Assembly (NCBI GenBank): GCA_963725075.1
Contig: CAVRXA010000017.1
Coordinates: 17,573-81,572, forward strand
Direction of reading: 5' to 3'
DNA: 64,000 bases
From: an uncultured Acidobacteriota bacterium
GTDB lineage: Bacteria; Actinomycetota; Acidimicrobiia; Spongiisociales; ZC4RG35
A program made the translations under genes and the position numbers. The notes beneath the pieces were generated by a model. It ran no database searches, was not told where the DNA came from, and was given only the letters and a program-made list of their open reading frames with translations. Positions 41,275 to 51,574 of this stretch are shown piece after piece. How positions within the stretch are numbered: the first letter of the stretch is position 1; the number at the start of each line of letters is the position of its first letter.

Positions 41275-41762
41275 GTGTCGATGGGGAAGACCAACGCCAA
41301 AGGGGAGATCGGGGAGGCGATGATCCTGGCCGACCTTCAGCGCCAGGGCCACGGCATCGCTATCCCATTCGGTCATGACCTGCCGTTCGATCTCATCGTG
41401 GTGCGCAAGGAAGACGGCGCATTGGAGAAGGTCCAATGCAAGTACACGACCTCGAATGGACGGGTGATCTTCGCCAAAGTGACCAGCACCTCAGCCTGGG
41501 TGCATCATCGATACACCAGGGACGAGGTTGACTGGATCGCGGTCTATGACGCGACGACGGATCAGTGCTTCTATCTCCCTTCGTCACCGTGGGATGGGCA
41601 AGCAACCTCAATCTCCGTCTGGCTCCAACGGCCAATGGTCAAGCCAAGCGAATCAGATTCGCTCGGGACTTCACGCGCCTCGTCGGAGATCCCAGTTCAT
41701 CTGGACCAGGGAACCCTGAGCCTTTACCATTGGGTGCTCCTGCCGGAGTAGCTCAGTGGTAG
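41275..41762 (+). CDS. PD-(D/E)XK endonuclease (group I intron-associated PDDEXK_5-like), interrupted by one apparent frameshift
   Basis: KGEIGEAMILADLQRQGHGIAIPFGHDLPFDLIVVRKEDGALEKVQCKYT (D...E.K core) and IDWIAVYDATTDQCFYLP. The family-like tail NLRLAPTANGQAKRIRFARDF lies in the +1 frame (track ORF 41565..41762), with the frame change near 41595-41605. The corrected reading frame runs 21 nt into tRNA-Thr. Confidence 0.55.
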
Positions 41763-41813
41763 AGCAATTCACTCGTAATGAATAGGCCAGGGGTTCGACT
41801 CCCCTCTCCGGCT
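41742..41813 (+). tRNA. tRNA-Thr (anticodon CGU)
   Basis: GCCGGAG-TA-GCTC-AGTGGTA-GAGC-A-ATTCA-CTCGTAA-TGAAT-AGGCC-AGGGG-TTCGACT-CCCCT-CTCCGGC-T. This is a canonical cloverleaf with anticodon CGT; CCA is not encoded. Confidence 0.9.
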
Positions 41814-41837
41814 CCTACCGCTCGTTAGATTCGGCTC

Positions 41838-42509
41838 GTGGCTGCCGACGACCCGATCCTCGACCAAATGCCACCCACCGTGCGTCGCTGGCTGGCCGTC
41901 AACTTCGAGCTGATCTCCGTCATCGTGATGTCTGTGACTGCAATCGCCACCGCTTGGTCTGGCTTTCAGAGCTCGCAGTGGTCCGCGATCCAGGCGACCA
42001 GCTACGGCGACGCCGCCAACGACCAAACAGAGTCGGTACGGGCCTCGAACGAGGCGAGACAGGCAACGTCGATCGATCTGGCCGTCTTCATCGCTTGGCT
42101 CGAGGCAACGACCGACGGCGAAGACGAAACCGCCGAGTTCATCTACGAAGGGATGCCGGAGCGGCTGCGCGTCGCCACCGACGCCTGGCTGGCCGAGGAC
42201 CCCTTCGAGAACCCGGATGCCCCGACGTCTCCGTTTGTAATGGAGTCGTACGTCGTTCCGGCGGCGCAGATCGCCGATGACCTCGCTCAAAGCGCCGAGG
42301 AGCACACCATGACCGCTCAGCAGGCCACCGAGCGGGCCAATGAGTACGTGCTGACGACGGTTCTCTTCGCCACAGTTCTGTTCTTCGCTTCCATCAGCTC
42401 CAAGCTGAAAGGCGTTGCCAACCGGTGGGCGATCCTGTCGATCGCATTAATCGGCCTCGTGGCAGGGGGCATGATCCTCCTGGCATTTCCAAGGGCGCCG
42501 GCGACTTAG
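41838..42509 (+). CDS. hypothetical membrane protein
   Basis: 223 aa. It has one N-terminal TM ([16 protein letters not shown]), an acidic central region and two C-terminal TM helices. Confidence 0.5.
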   Translation: MAADDPILDQMPPTVRRWLAVNFELISVIVMSVTAIATAWSGFQSSQWSAIQATSYGDAANDQTESVRASNEARQATSIDLAVFIAWLEATTDGEDETAEFIYEGMPERLRVATDAWLAEDPFENPDAPTSPFVMESYVVPAAQIADDLAQSAEEHTMTAQQATERANEYVLTTVLFATVLFFASISSKLKGVANRWAILSIALIGLVAGGMILLAFPRAPAT

Positions 42510-42543
42510 ATCTTTCAGCCACTGCCCTGTACCGTCCCGGCTC

Positions 42544-43122
42544 ATGGCTGACCAGGCCACCTTCGAGCGAGACGCCATGCAGTATGCGCGGCAGCTGTAC
42601 AGCGCCGCCATGCGCATGACCCGAAACCCATCTGATGCCGAAGACCTGGTCCAGGAGACCTTTCTCAAGGCCTACCGGGCCTATCACACATTCGAGGAGG
42701 GGACCAACCTCAAGGCGTGGCTCTACCGCATCCTGACCAACACCTACATCAACAAGTACCGCAAGGACTCGCGGCGTCCCTCCGAGGTCGACCTCGGCTC
42801 GGTGGAGGATCTGTACCTGTACCGGAACATCGGTTCCGAGGAGTCGGCCGAGGCCGCGCGCACCACCGAGGACAGGGTCCTGGACGGGTTGGTCGAGTCG
42901 GACATCAAGAAGGCAGTCGAGGATCTGCCGGAGAACTTCAGGCTCCCGGTCCTGCTCGCCGACCTCGAGGGTTTCTCATACAAAGAGATCTCCGACATCC
43001 TTGACATTCCGATCGGTACCGTCATGTCGCGGCTCCACCGGGGAAGAAAGGCGATGCAGAAATCGTTGTGGGAATACGCAGTCAAAAGAGGCCTTGTGCC
43101 TGAAGGCGCGGAGCGACCATGA
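42544..43122 (+). CDS. sigH: ECF RNA polymerase sigma factor (SigH/SigR type)
   Basis: [16 protein letters not shown] (region 2) and [17 protein letters not shown] (region 4). A ZAS anti-sigma gene follows with a 4-nt overlap. Confidence 0.9.
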   Translation: MADQATFERDAMQYARQLYSAAMRMTRNPSDAEDLVQETFLKAYRAYHTFEEGTNLKAWLYRILTNTYINKYRKDSRRPSEVDLGSVEDLYLYRNIGSEESAEAARTTEDRVLDGLVESDIKKAVEDLPENFRLPVLLADLEGFSYKEISDILDIPIGTVMSRLHRGRKAMQKSLWEYAVKRGLVPEGAERP

Positions 43123-43361
43123 GTGGCCACGAGTGCGATGACGCACTGACCAACCTGTATCAATATCTCGACCGGGAAATCGAACCCTCCACATCGGAGG
43201 TGATCCGCGCCCACCTCGAGGACTGCTCCGGTTGTCTCAAGAGCTTCAAATTCGAAGAGCGGTTGCAGATCGTGGTCAGAGAGCGTCTCTCCGAGGAGGT
43301 CCCCCCCGAGTTCCTGGAACGGCTGCGCGAGGCGATCGCCCGCGAGGCGGCATCTTCCTAG
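43119..43361 (+). CDS. rsrA: zinc-associated (ZAS) redox-sensing anti-sigma factor, RsrA/RshA type
   Basis: 80 aa with an N-terminal Cys (HEC) and the HxxxCxxC motif HLEDCSGC. Confidence 0.85.
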   Translation: MSGHECDDALTNLYQYLDREIEPSTSEVIRAHLEDCSGCLKSFKFEERLQIVVRERLSEEVPPEFLERLREAIAREAASS

Positions 43362-43384
43362 TTCCCCACTAACCTGCGTGGCAG

Positions 43385-43702
43385 ATGAAGCGATTCAGCC
43401 GCATCGCAGCACTCGTCGCCCTCCTCGCCGCCCACGCCGCTTTCATGATCACGCCGGCGCTGGCGACCGAGGGGACCGAGGAGGAGACCCCGACCACGGT
43501 CTCAGAAGAGCCCGCCCCCACATCGGGCATCGAGCCGGCGGTCCCCGTGACTACCCCCGAGCCGACCGAGCCACTCCCTGACTGGACATACCGCTACATG
43601 ATCCCGACGGGGATCGTTCTCGCCGTCATCGTCATCGTCATGACGACGATCCAGTATTTCACGAGGGTTGTTCGCAAGCGGTACCGAGTCGTCAAGGAGT
43701 GA
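43385..43702 (+). CDS. hypothetical secreted/membrane-anchored protein
   Basis: Signal peptide MKRFSRIAALVALLAAHAA, a Pro/Thr/Glu-rich segment, the C-terminal TM GIVLAVIVIVMTTI and a basic tail. Confidence 0.5.
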   Translation: MKRFSRIAALVALLAAHAAFMITPALATEGTEEETPTTVSEEPAPTSGIEPAVPVTTPEPTEPLPDWTYRYMIPTGIVLAVIVIVMTTIQYFTRVVRKRYRVVKE

Positions 43703-44742
43703 CTTCCAGCCGGTCCGGGTCGGGCCGTCTCGCCGGAAGGATCGCAGGGAGTTATCCCCTGGCCGAGACCTATCACAGCTCTGCGGTCGAGTCGGACATG
43801 ACCCGACTCACAGAGCAGGTCTCACACCTCGTTACCGGGGCTACGGGGCTCGACCTGCCCGGTGACCCGACAACGATCGTCATCGGGCGAGAAGAGTGGA
43901 TCGAGCGCAATGTGGCCAGCTTCAGCCATTTGATGAAGCCTCTCCAGCGCCAGCTCACCGAGAAGATGGAGGCCTCTGGCCCGGGGGGACGGAGCGTCGC
44001 CACTTTCGCCAATCGGATGGTCCAGGCCGAGCTGACGGCAGTTCTCGGAGTGATCGCCCGCCGGGTGCTGGGCCAGTACGAGCTGGTCCTCCCGACCGGC
44101 GAAGACGCCGATGTGGTCGCCTTCGTCGGTCCGAACATCATGCAACTCGAGCGTGCCCACCAGTTCCGGCCGGAGGAGTTCAGGTTTTGGGTCGCGCTCC
44201 ACGAGATGACGCACCGCGCCCAGTTCCAGGGTGTCCCCTGGCTTCGTGAGTACTTCATGAGTCTGGTCACCGAGTTGGTGGAGCACTCCCGACCCGAGCC
44301 AGGCCGGATGAACCGGATCATCGAGGAGGTCAGCCGGCGTCGCGGCGAGGGAACTCCGATCATCGACGAGCGGGGCCTGCTCGGGCTTTTCGCCTCATCG
44401 GAGCAGACCGTTGTGATCGACAAGGTCCAGGCGCTGATGTCGCTCCTCGAAGGTCACGGGCATGTGGTCATGGACCGGCTTGGCCACGAACACCTGCGCA
44501 CACAGGAGCGGATGAGCAACGTCCTCAAGGCGCGGCGGAAGGACAAGCGGACGGCAGCGTTTTTCAGGCTCACCGGGATGGAGATGAAGATGAACCAATA
44601 CCGGATGGGGGAGCTCTTCATCGAGGTCGTCGAACGCGAGGCCGGCTGGGATGCCGTCGGCCTGGCCTTCAGGGGTGCGGGGAGCCTGCCCACGCTCGAG
44701 GAGATCGAGAGTCCCGAGCGATGGTTGAGACGCGTCGCCTGA
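43699..44742 (+). CDS. zinc-dependent metalloprotease (DUF2342 / Rv3626c-like family)
   Basis: HExxH motif in WVALHEMTHRAQF. Its conserved position is upstream of tilS. It makes a GTGA overlap with the previous gene. Confidence 0.8.
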   Translation: MTSSRSGSGRLAGRIAGSYPLAETYHSSAVESDMTRLTEQVSHLVTGATGLDLPGDPTTIVIGREEWIERNVASFSHLMKPLQRQLTEKMEASGPGGRSVATFANRMVQAELTAVLGVIARRVLGQYELVLPTGEDADVVAFVGPNIMQLERAHQFRPEEFRFWVALHEMTHRAQFQGVPWLREYFMSLVTELVEHSRPEPGRMNRIIEEVSRRRGEGTPIIDERGLLGLFASSEQTVVIDKVQALMSLLEGHGHVVMDRLGHEHLRTQERMSNVLKARRKDKRTAAFFRLTGMEMKMNQYRMGELFIEVVEREAGWDAVGLAFRGAGSLPTLEEIESPERWLRRVA

Positions 44743-45968
44743 ACGAGCTGAGGGGGAGATCGGGCGATCTCCTTCGGCTTCCGACCGGGGATCTGGTGGT
44801 GGCCCTGTCCGGTGGCGCCGACTCAGCCACGTTGGCCTACCTGATTCGTCACCTCGGCCGGGATCTCAGGGCAATCCATGCCAACCACGGGCTACCCGCG
44901 TCCGATCGATTGGAGGAGGCGGCTCGCGCCGTGGCGGGTGCTGTTGGCGTCGGTCTGGAGGTGGTGAGGATCGAGATCCCACCCGGCGCCTCGATCGAGG
45001 GCCAGGCGCGCAAGGCGAGATACTCCGCCCTCTTGAGAGCCTTACGACCGGGCGAGACCTTGCTCACCGCACACACCCTCGATGACCAGGCCGAGACCGT
45101 GTTGATGAGTCTGTTGAGGGGCGCCGGTCCCACCGGGCTGGCCGGCATCCCGCCCCGTACCGGGTCTGTTGCTCGCCCCATGCTTGCGGTCAGCCGATCC
45201 GACACGAGGGAGCTGGCGGGTTTGGCCGGCCTCCCCTTCTATGACGATCCATCGAATCTCGATCGCGGCCTCCGTCGGAACGCGCTGAGGCTCGAAGTCA
45301 TCCCCGACCTGGCGGCGCGGTTCAACCCGCGGTTGGTCGAGTCGCTGGCCAGGTCGGCGGCTCTGGTCCGATCCGATGAGTCCCACCTGCAGGACGAGGC
45401 GGCCGCTGTCCCTCTCGTCGAGTCCGGGACCTCGTTGTCCATTTCTCTCGGAGCCCTCTTTGCCGTGGCGCGACCCGTGGCGGACCGCGCCCTCAGGCGA
45501 TGTCTCAGCCGGATGCGACCACCACACGGCGGGACCGCCGACGAGATGGAACGCGTCTGGTCCGTGGCCCGGCGTGCCCGACCCTCCGTCATCCTGGGTG
45601 GAGGATTGGAGGTCACCCACGACGGCCCCCTGCTTGTCTTTCGCCCGGTGGAGATCGCATCGCCGGCCGCGACTCGGGTCGACCTGGAAGTCGGGGCCAA
45701 TGAGGTCGGCACCTTTCGAATCGACGTCGAGCGCGTCGATCGAGTGTGCCGGGTGGTGCCGATCGGCGCCTGGTCGGCCGTCTTTCCCCCCGATGTGATG
45801 CTGGCGGCCCGGGTGGAGGCGGGTGGGCGACTCGTGGTCGCGGCCAACGACGAGACCGCCTGGTTGCCGGGGGAGCGGCGGCTTCCGGTGGCCTGGTACG
45901 TGCCAGGGACCAGCGGCTACCTTTCCGTGTTCGCCAGAGAGGAAAGCGGATGGACATCAAGCCCCTGA
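44721..45968 (+). CDS. tilS: tRNA(Ile)-lysidine synthetase
   Basis: PP-loop VVALSGGADS, HTLDDQAETVLM and DPSN. Confidence 0.85.
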   Translation: MVETRRLNELRGRSGDLLRLPTGDLVVALSGGADSATLAYLIRHLGRDLRAIHANHGLPASDRLEEAARAVAGAVGVGLEVVRIEIPPGASIEGQARKARYSALLRALRPGETLLTAHTLDDQAETVLMSLLRGAGPTGLAGIPPRTGSVARPMLAVSRSDTRELAGLAGLPFYDDPSNLDRGLRRNALRLEVIPDLAARFNPRLVESLARSAALVRSDESHLQDEAAAVPLVESGTSLSISLGALFAVARPVADRALRRCLSRMRPPHGGTADEMERVWSVARRARPSVILGGGLEVTHDGPLLVFRPVEIASPAATRVDLEVGANEVGTFRIDVERVDRVCRVVPIGAWSAVFPPDVMLAARVEAGGRLVVAANDETAWLPGERRLPVAWYVPGTSGYLSVFAREESGWTSSP

Positions 45969-46471
45969 TCACCGCCGAGGAGATCGACAGCAAGCTCGCC
46001 GAGCTCGGTCGGCAGATCACGGCGGATTACGCGGGCAAGGACGTGCTGCTGGTCGGCGTCCTCCGTGGCGCCTTCATGGTGATGGCCGATCTCGCCCGCC
46101 ATATCGACCTGCCGGTGGAGTTCGACTTCATGGCGGTGTCCTCCTACGGGGCGTCGACGCAGACCTCGGGTGTGGTCCGCATCCTCAAGGATCTCGACGA
46201 GGAGATCGACGGTCGCCACGTGCTGATCGTGGAAGACATCATCGATTCGGGTCTGACCTTGAACTATCTGATGAAGAGTCTCAACGTCCGTAAGCCTGCT
46301 TCCCTCGAGATCGCCGCCCTTCTTCTCAAAGAGGGGATCCAGCGGGTACCTCTCGAGGTCAAATATGTGGGATTCCCCATCGGCCCCGAGTTCGTCGTCG
46401 GGTATGGCCTCGACTACGCGGGGAAGTACCGAAACCTGCCCTATGTGGGCGTCATGGGTGCAGAAGCCTGA
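45950..46471 (+). CDS. hpt: hypoxanthine phosphoribosyltransferase
   Basis: Internal ATG (MDIKPLITAEEI). LIVEDIIDSGLTL is the PRPP motif, and DFMAVSSYG is present. Confidence 0.92.
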   Translation: MDIKPLITAEEIDSKLAELGRQITADYAGKDVLLVGVLRGAFMVMADLARHIDLPVEFDFMAVSSYGASTQTSGVVRILKDLDEEIDGRHVLIVEDIIDSGLTLNYLMKSLNVRKPASLEIAALLLKEGIQRVPLEVKYVGFPIGPEFVVGYGLDYAGKYRNLPYVGVMGAEA

Positions 46472-46579
46472 GACCGATTCGGCTTCTCGGCCCTCTACCA
46501 ACAAGGGGTTCGACTATCCAGGGGTTTCACGTAGCATTGTTGTCTCGGAGTCTTCCCCGGAGTCTGTCTTGAGGTCTCA

Positions 46580-48580
<2,001 letters not shown>

Positions 48581-48583
48581 GCG

Positions 48584-48618
48584 TTTCACGTTTTACGTTC
48601 TACGTTTTACGTAGTGCG
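48584..48618. repeat. AT-rich tandem heptamer array: TTTCACG TTTTACG TTCTACG TTTTACG (TAGTGCG)
   Basis: Read directly from the sequence. It starts 4 nt after the ftsH TAG stop and contains the stop codon of the convergent DUF4097 gene. It shares the 17-mer cgttctacgttttacgt with the array at 50688..50715. Confidence 0.8.
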
Positions 48619-49347
48619 TTCGATCTTGAGGTTCCCCGAGATCAGTCGGACCTTGAGGGTGATTTCGCGTTCCGGGGGCTCGGGATGCGCCGGGGGAGCG
48701 GGCAAAGTCACCTTTCCAGAGAGCGTGTCTGCGTCGAGCTCGACGCGGGTCCTCGGCGGGATACCCAGCCGGACACCACCAGACATGGACTTGATCTTCG
48801 CCGTCGGCCCGGTCAGCACCTCGATCCGGATGCTGCCTGACAAGGTCGCACACGACACCGTTCCGGCACAGCTGCCGATGACGACTGATCCCGATCGGGT
48901 CGAGAAATCCGCTCGATCGAGGATCTCCGACACCTTGATATCCCCGGATGTGGTCACACACGTGGCCTCACCATCGACCCGGTTGCCCCGAATGTCGCCG
49001 CTGGTGGTCTTGGCCTGAAGTCGGACAGCCGAGTCGAACTCGATCTCGCCACTGACCGTGGTCACATCGAGCCGGCCGACTCGAAGATCGACATTCACGT
49101 CGGCGCTGGATGTCCCGACCTCGACGTCGGACATTGGGGGAACGATCGCCGTTACGAACGCCCGGCCGCCTCGTTGACCCGAGGCCACGATGGCGTCGGC
49201 AGCCTGCCGAATCTCAAAGGTGCGATCGTTGGCGTCGACCTTGAATCGGACTACACCGGGCTCACCGCTCTCGATGTTGACCCGACCCGACCTGATGCTG
49301 ATCCGCAACGTCGGGGTGTCGTCGACCGTGAGCTCACGGTCGATCAC
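48607..49347 (-). CDS. DUF4097 beta-strand-repeat protein (putative adhesin / LiaG-like)
   Basis: 246 aa of repetitive short beta-strand units: SGDIRGN, SGDIKVS, SGSVVIG, SGSIRIE, SGGVRLG, SGKVTL and SGNLKIE. Confidence 0.75.
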   Translation of the reverse strand: MIDRELTVDDTPTLRISIRSGRVNIESGEPGVVRFKVDANDRTFEIRQAADAIVASGQRGGRAFVTAIVPPMSDVEVGTSSADVNVDLRVGRLDVTTVSGEIEFDSAVRLQAKTTSGDIRGNRVDGEATCVTTSGDIKVSEILDRADFSTRSGSVVIGSCAGTVSCATLSGSIRIEVLTGPTAKIKSMSGGVRLGIPPRTRVELDADTLSGKVTLPAPPAHPEPPEREITLKVRLISGNLKIERTT

Positions 49348-49799
49348 AGATCGATCGTCCGTCTGACGCTGCTCGATGGAGCCCGTTCGTACGCCTTGGT
49401 GCGGAGGGCCTCGACCACGAATGTGTTGACCGAATCGCCGGCACCTTCGGCGGCCTCGGCGATCAGGTCCTTGAGATATCCGGGGAGTCGAAGCGTGATT
49501 CGGGCCTCGGCATCGATCGGCTCCCCGGAAGGGGGCGGAGGGGGAGGGACGGCCGACGCGTCGGGCCGGACGTTCAGCTCGGGGTCGCCGTCGACAAGCT
49601 GGATCTCGACGCGCTGACCGGCGAGCTGCCCATTGACCTCCTGGGCGGCCATCTCTACGACCTCCATCAGGGTCAACCTGATCGCGGGACGCAGGACATC
49701 GAGCAGCTCAGATCCGAGGGCGGCGAGCTCGGGGTCCGCCAGTCTCAACTGGGCCTGCACCGCCGCCTCCATCACGTTGGCCGTTTGCGTCAATTGCAT
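49344..49799 (-). CDS. hypothetical protein with a C-terminal ribbon-helix-helix (Arc/HicB-like) domain
   Basis: The C-terminal ARITLRLPGYLKDLIAEAAEGAGDSVNTFVVEAL has the RHH pattern, and a poly-Pro linker is present. It overlaps the DUF4097 start by 4 nt. Confidence 0.5.
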   Translation of the reverse strand: MQLTQTANVMEAAVQAQLRLADPELAALGSELLDVLRPAIRLTLMEVVEMAAQEVNGQLAGQRVEIQLVDGDPELNVRPDASAVPPPPPPSGEPIDAEARITLRLPGYLKDLIAEAAEGAGDSVNTFVVEALRTKAYERAPSSSVRRTIDL

Positions 49800-49808
49800 C
49801 GCCGAATC

Positions 49809-49949
49809 CTATGTCGGGTGGGTCCAGCGGGGTGTGTTGACGATGGTTCGGGTTGGGGGATCGATCGGATCTCGGTCCTTCTTCCTCAGGACTCGTCTGA
49901 TTCTCTGGCCCAACGTCCGCTCCAGATCATCGGGGGTCTGAATGAACAT
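49809..49949 (-). CDS. candidate 46-aa ORF (below the track length cut-off), possibly RHH-like
   Basis: ATG at 49949 is preceded by AAGGAG with a 6-nt spacer. It translates to MFIQTPDDLERTLGQRIRRVLRKKDRDPIDPPTRTIVNTPRWTHPT. It is the first gene of the reverse-strand cassette. Confidence 0.3.
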   Translation of the reverse strand: MFIQTPDDLERTLGQRIRRVLRKKDRDPIDPPTRTIVNTPRWTHPT

Positions 49950-49967
49950 TTCTGTCTCCTTGGCTTA

Positions 49968-50025
49968 GACATCATAGCGATGTCATAATGACATCACCAT
50001 AATGCCAACTTGACATCTCTGTCAA
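49968..50025. promoter_or_regulatory. three operator-like palindromes in the divergent promoter region between the cassette and folE
   Basis: GACATC-atagc-GATGTC (49968-49984), ATGTCAT-a-ATGACAT (49980-49994) and TTGACA-tctc-TGTCAA (50010-50025). They lie in an unusually AT-rich 107-bp spacer. Confidence 0.4.
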
Positions 50026-50056
50026 GTGATTTCGGAGTTTGACGGAATAGGAAGCG

Positions 50057-50680
50057 ATGGTCGGCCTATTTTCTTTGAGGATGAGCGAGATCGAGGCGAA
50101 GACCGAGGAGAGGATCGACCGGGGGCGCATCGAAAAGGCGGTGCGCGAGATCATCGAGGCCCTGGGCGAGAACCCGGACCGCGAGGGTCTAATCGAGACC
50201 CCGGAGCGGGTGGCCGCCTTCTACGCCGAAGTGTTCGATGGCCTCCATCGTGACCCCGGGGATGTCGTAGACGCCTTCTTCGGCGAGGAGCACTATCAGG
50301 AGATCGTGATGGTGCGGGAGATCCCCTTCTACTCGATGTGTGAGCACCATTTCGTGCCGTTCCATGGTCAAGCCCACGTCGCCTACATCCCCAAGGGACG
50401 GGTCACCGGGCTCTCCAAGCTGGCCCGGTTGGTCGAGGGCTTCGCCCGTCGCCCCCAGATGCAGGAACGGCTGACGGCCCAGGTGGCGGACGCCCTGAGC
50501 GAGCGACTCCAGCCCCTCGGAGTCATGGTCGTGGTCGAGGCGGAGCACCTGTGCATGTCGATGCGGGGTGTGAAGAAGCCAGGGGCGACCACCGTCACTT
50601 CGGCGGTTCGCGGGATCATGGAGTCGCAGCCGGCCACGAGGGCCGAGGCGATGTCGCTCCTCTTCGGCACTGCTCGCTAG
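50057..50680 (+). CDS. folE: GTP cyclohydrolase I
   Basis: ETPERVA..., [12 protein letters not shown] and QERLT. ATG 50081 is an alternative start. Confidence 0.93.
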   Translation: MVGLFSLRMSEIEAKTEERIDRGRIEKAVREIIEALGENPDREGLIETPERVAAFYAEVFDGLHRDPGDVVDAFFGEEHYQEIVMVREIPFYSMCEHHFVPFHGQAHVAYIPKGRVTGLSKLARLVEGFARRPQMQERLTAQVADALSERLQPLGVMVVVEAEHLCMSMRGVKKPGATTVTSAVRGIMESQPATRAEAMSLLFGTAR

Positions 50681-50687
50681 CTCGCCG

Positions 50688-50715
50688 TTCTACGTTTTAC
50701 GTTCTACGTTCTACG
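50688..50715. repeat. AT-rich tandem heptamer array: TTCTACG TTTTACG TTCTACG TTCTACG
   Basis: Read directly from the sequence. It starts 8 nt after the folE TAG stop and ends at the first possible folP ATG. Confidence 0.8.
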
Positions 50716-50716
50716 T

Positions 50717-51574
50717 ATGGGCCTCTGGAAACTGCGGACGAGGGAGCTGGACGTTTCGAGGGGAGTGATCATGGGCGTGATCAACGTCACCCCTGACTCA
50801 TTCTCCGACGGTGGTCTTCATCTCGACGAGGCCGTGGCAGTGGCTGCCGGACGTGCGATGATCGAAGAGGGAGCCGATCTTGTCGACATCGGAGGCGAGT
50901 CGACCCGGCCCGGCGCCGAGGGCGTGCCCGCCGTCGAGGAACTTCGCCGGGTGATACCGGTCGTGGAGGCACTTGTCGCTGACGGCGCGGTGGTGTCGAT
51001 CGATACCTCGAAGCCGGAGGTGGCCCGCGCCGCCCTCGATGCGGGGGCCGAGATCGTCAACGACGTCACTGCCGCCGCCGCACCCGGCATGACGGATGTG
51101 CTCGGCGAGTCGGGTGCCGGGGTCGTCCTCATGCATATGAAAGGGACGCCAAGGACCATGCAACGCGACCCGACCTATGACGACGTCGTCGGCGAAGTGG
51201 CGACGTTCCTCGACACGAAGGCCCAACAGGTGATTGATGCAGGGGTTGCCCCGGCATCGGTCGCTATCGATCCGGGGATCGGGTTCGGCAAGACGGTCAC
51301 TCACAACCTGGAGTTGATCGACGGGCTGGCGAAGCTCGCCGGTATGGGCTTCCCGGTGGTCCTGGGGACCTCGCGCAAGACGTTTCTGGGACGGGTTGCC
51401 GGCATCGAAGACCCGGCCCGCCGCGACGGGGTCACCGCAGTCACCACCGCACTCGGTTTCGAGCGTGGGGCAAGGGTTTTTCGGGTTCATGACGTTGTTT
51501 CGTCAAGAGCGGCGCTGAGCCTTGCCGCCGCTATCGTGAGTCCCCAGCAATGGGACGAATGGTCGCAGGATTAA
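50717..51574 (+). CDS. folP: dihydropteroate synthase
   Basis: IMGVINVTPDSFSDGG, DIGGESTRPG and GTSRK. The real start may be GTG 50765 or ATG 50771, which follow a GAGGGGA RBS. Confidence 0.92.
   Translation: MGLWKLRTRELDVSRGVIMGVINVTPDSFSDGGLHLDEAVAVAAGRAMIEEGADLVDIGGESTRPGAEGVPAVEELRRVIPVVEALVADGAVVSIDTSKPEVARAALDAGAEIVNDVTAAAAPGMTDVLGESGAGVVLMHMKGTPRTMQRDPTYDDVVGEVATFLDTKAQQVIDAGVAPASVAIDPGIGFGKTVTHNLELIDGLAKLAGMGFPVVLGTSRKTFLGRVAGIEDPARRDGVTAVTTALGFERGARVFRVHDVVSSRAALSLAAAIVSPQQWDEWSQD

Noticed and set aside
49950-50056. THF or other riboswitch in the folE leader
   Set aside because: The spacer is about 107 nt and dominated by DNA-type palindromes. I could not recognise THF-riboswitch conserved elements.
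48584-50715. Heptamer arrays as a CRISPR array or as att-type direct repeats of an inserted element
   Set aside because: The units are 7 nt with no spacers, so this is not a CRISPR array. The DNA between the two arrays includes the core gene folE and carries no recombinase, so a simple insertion bounded by the repeats is not supported.
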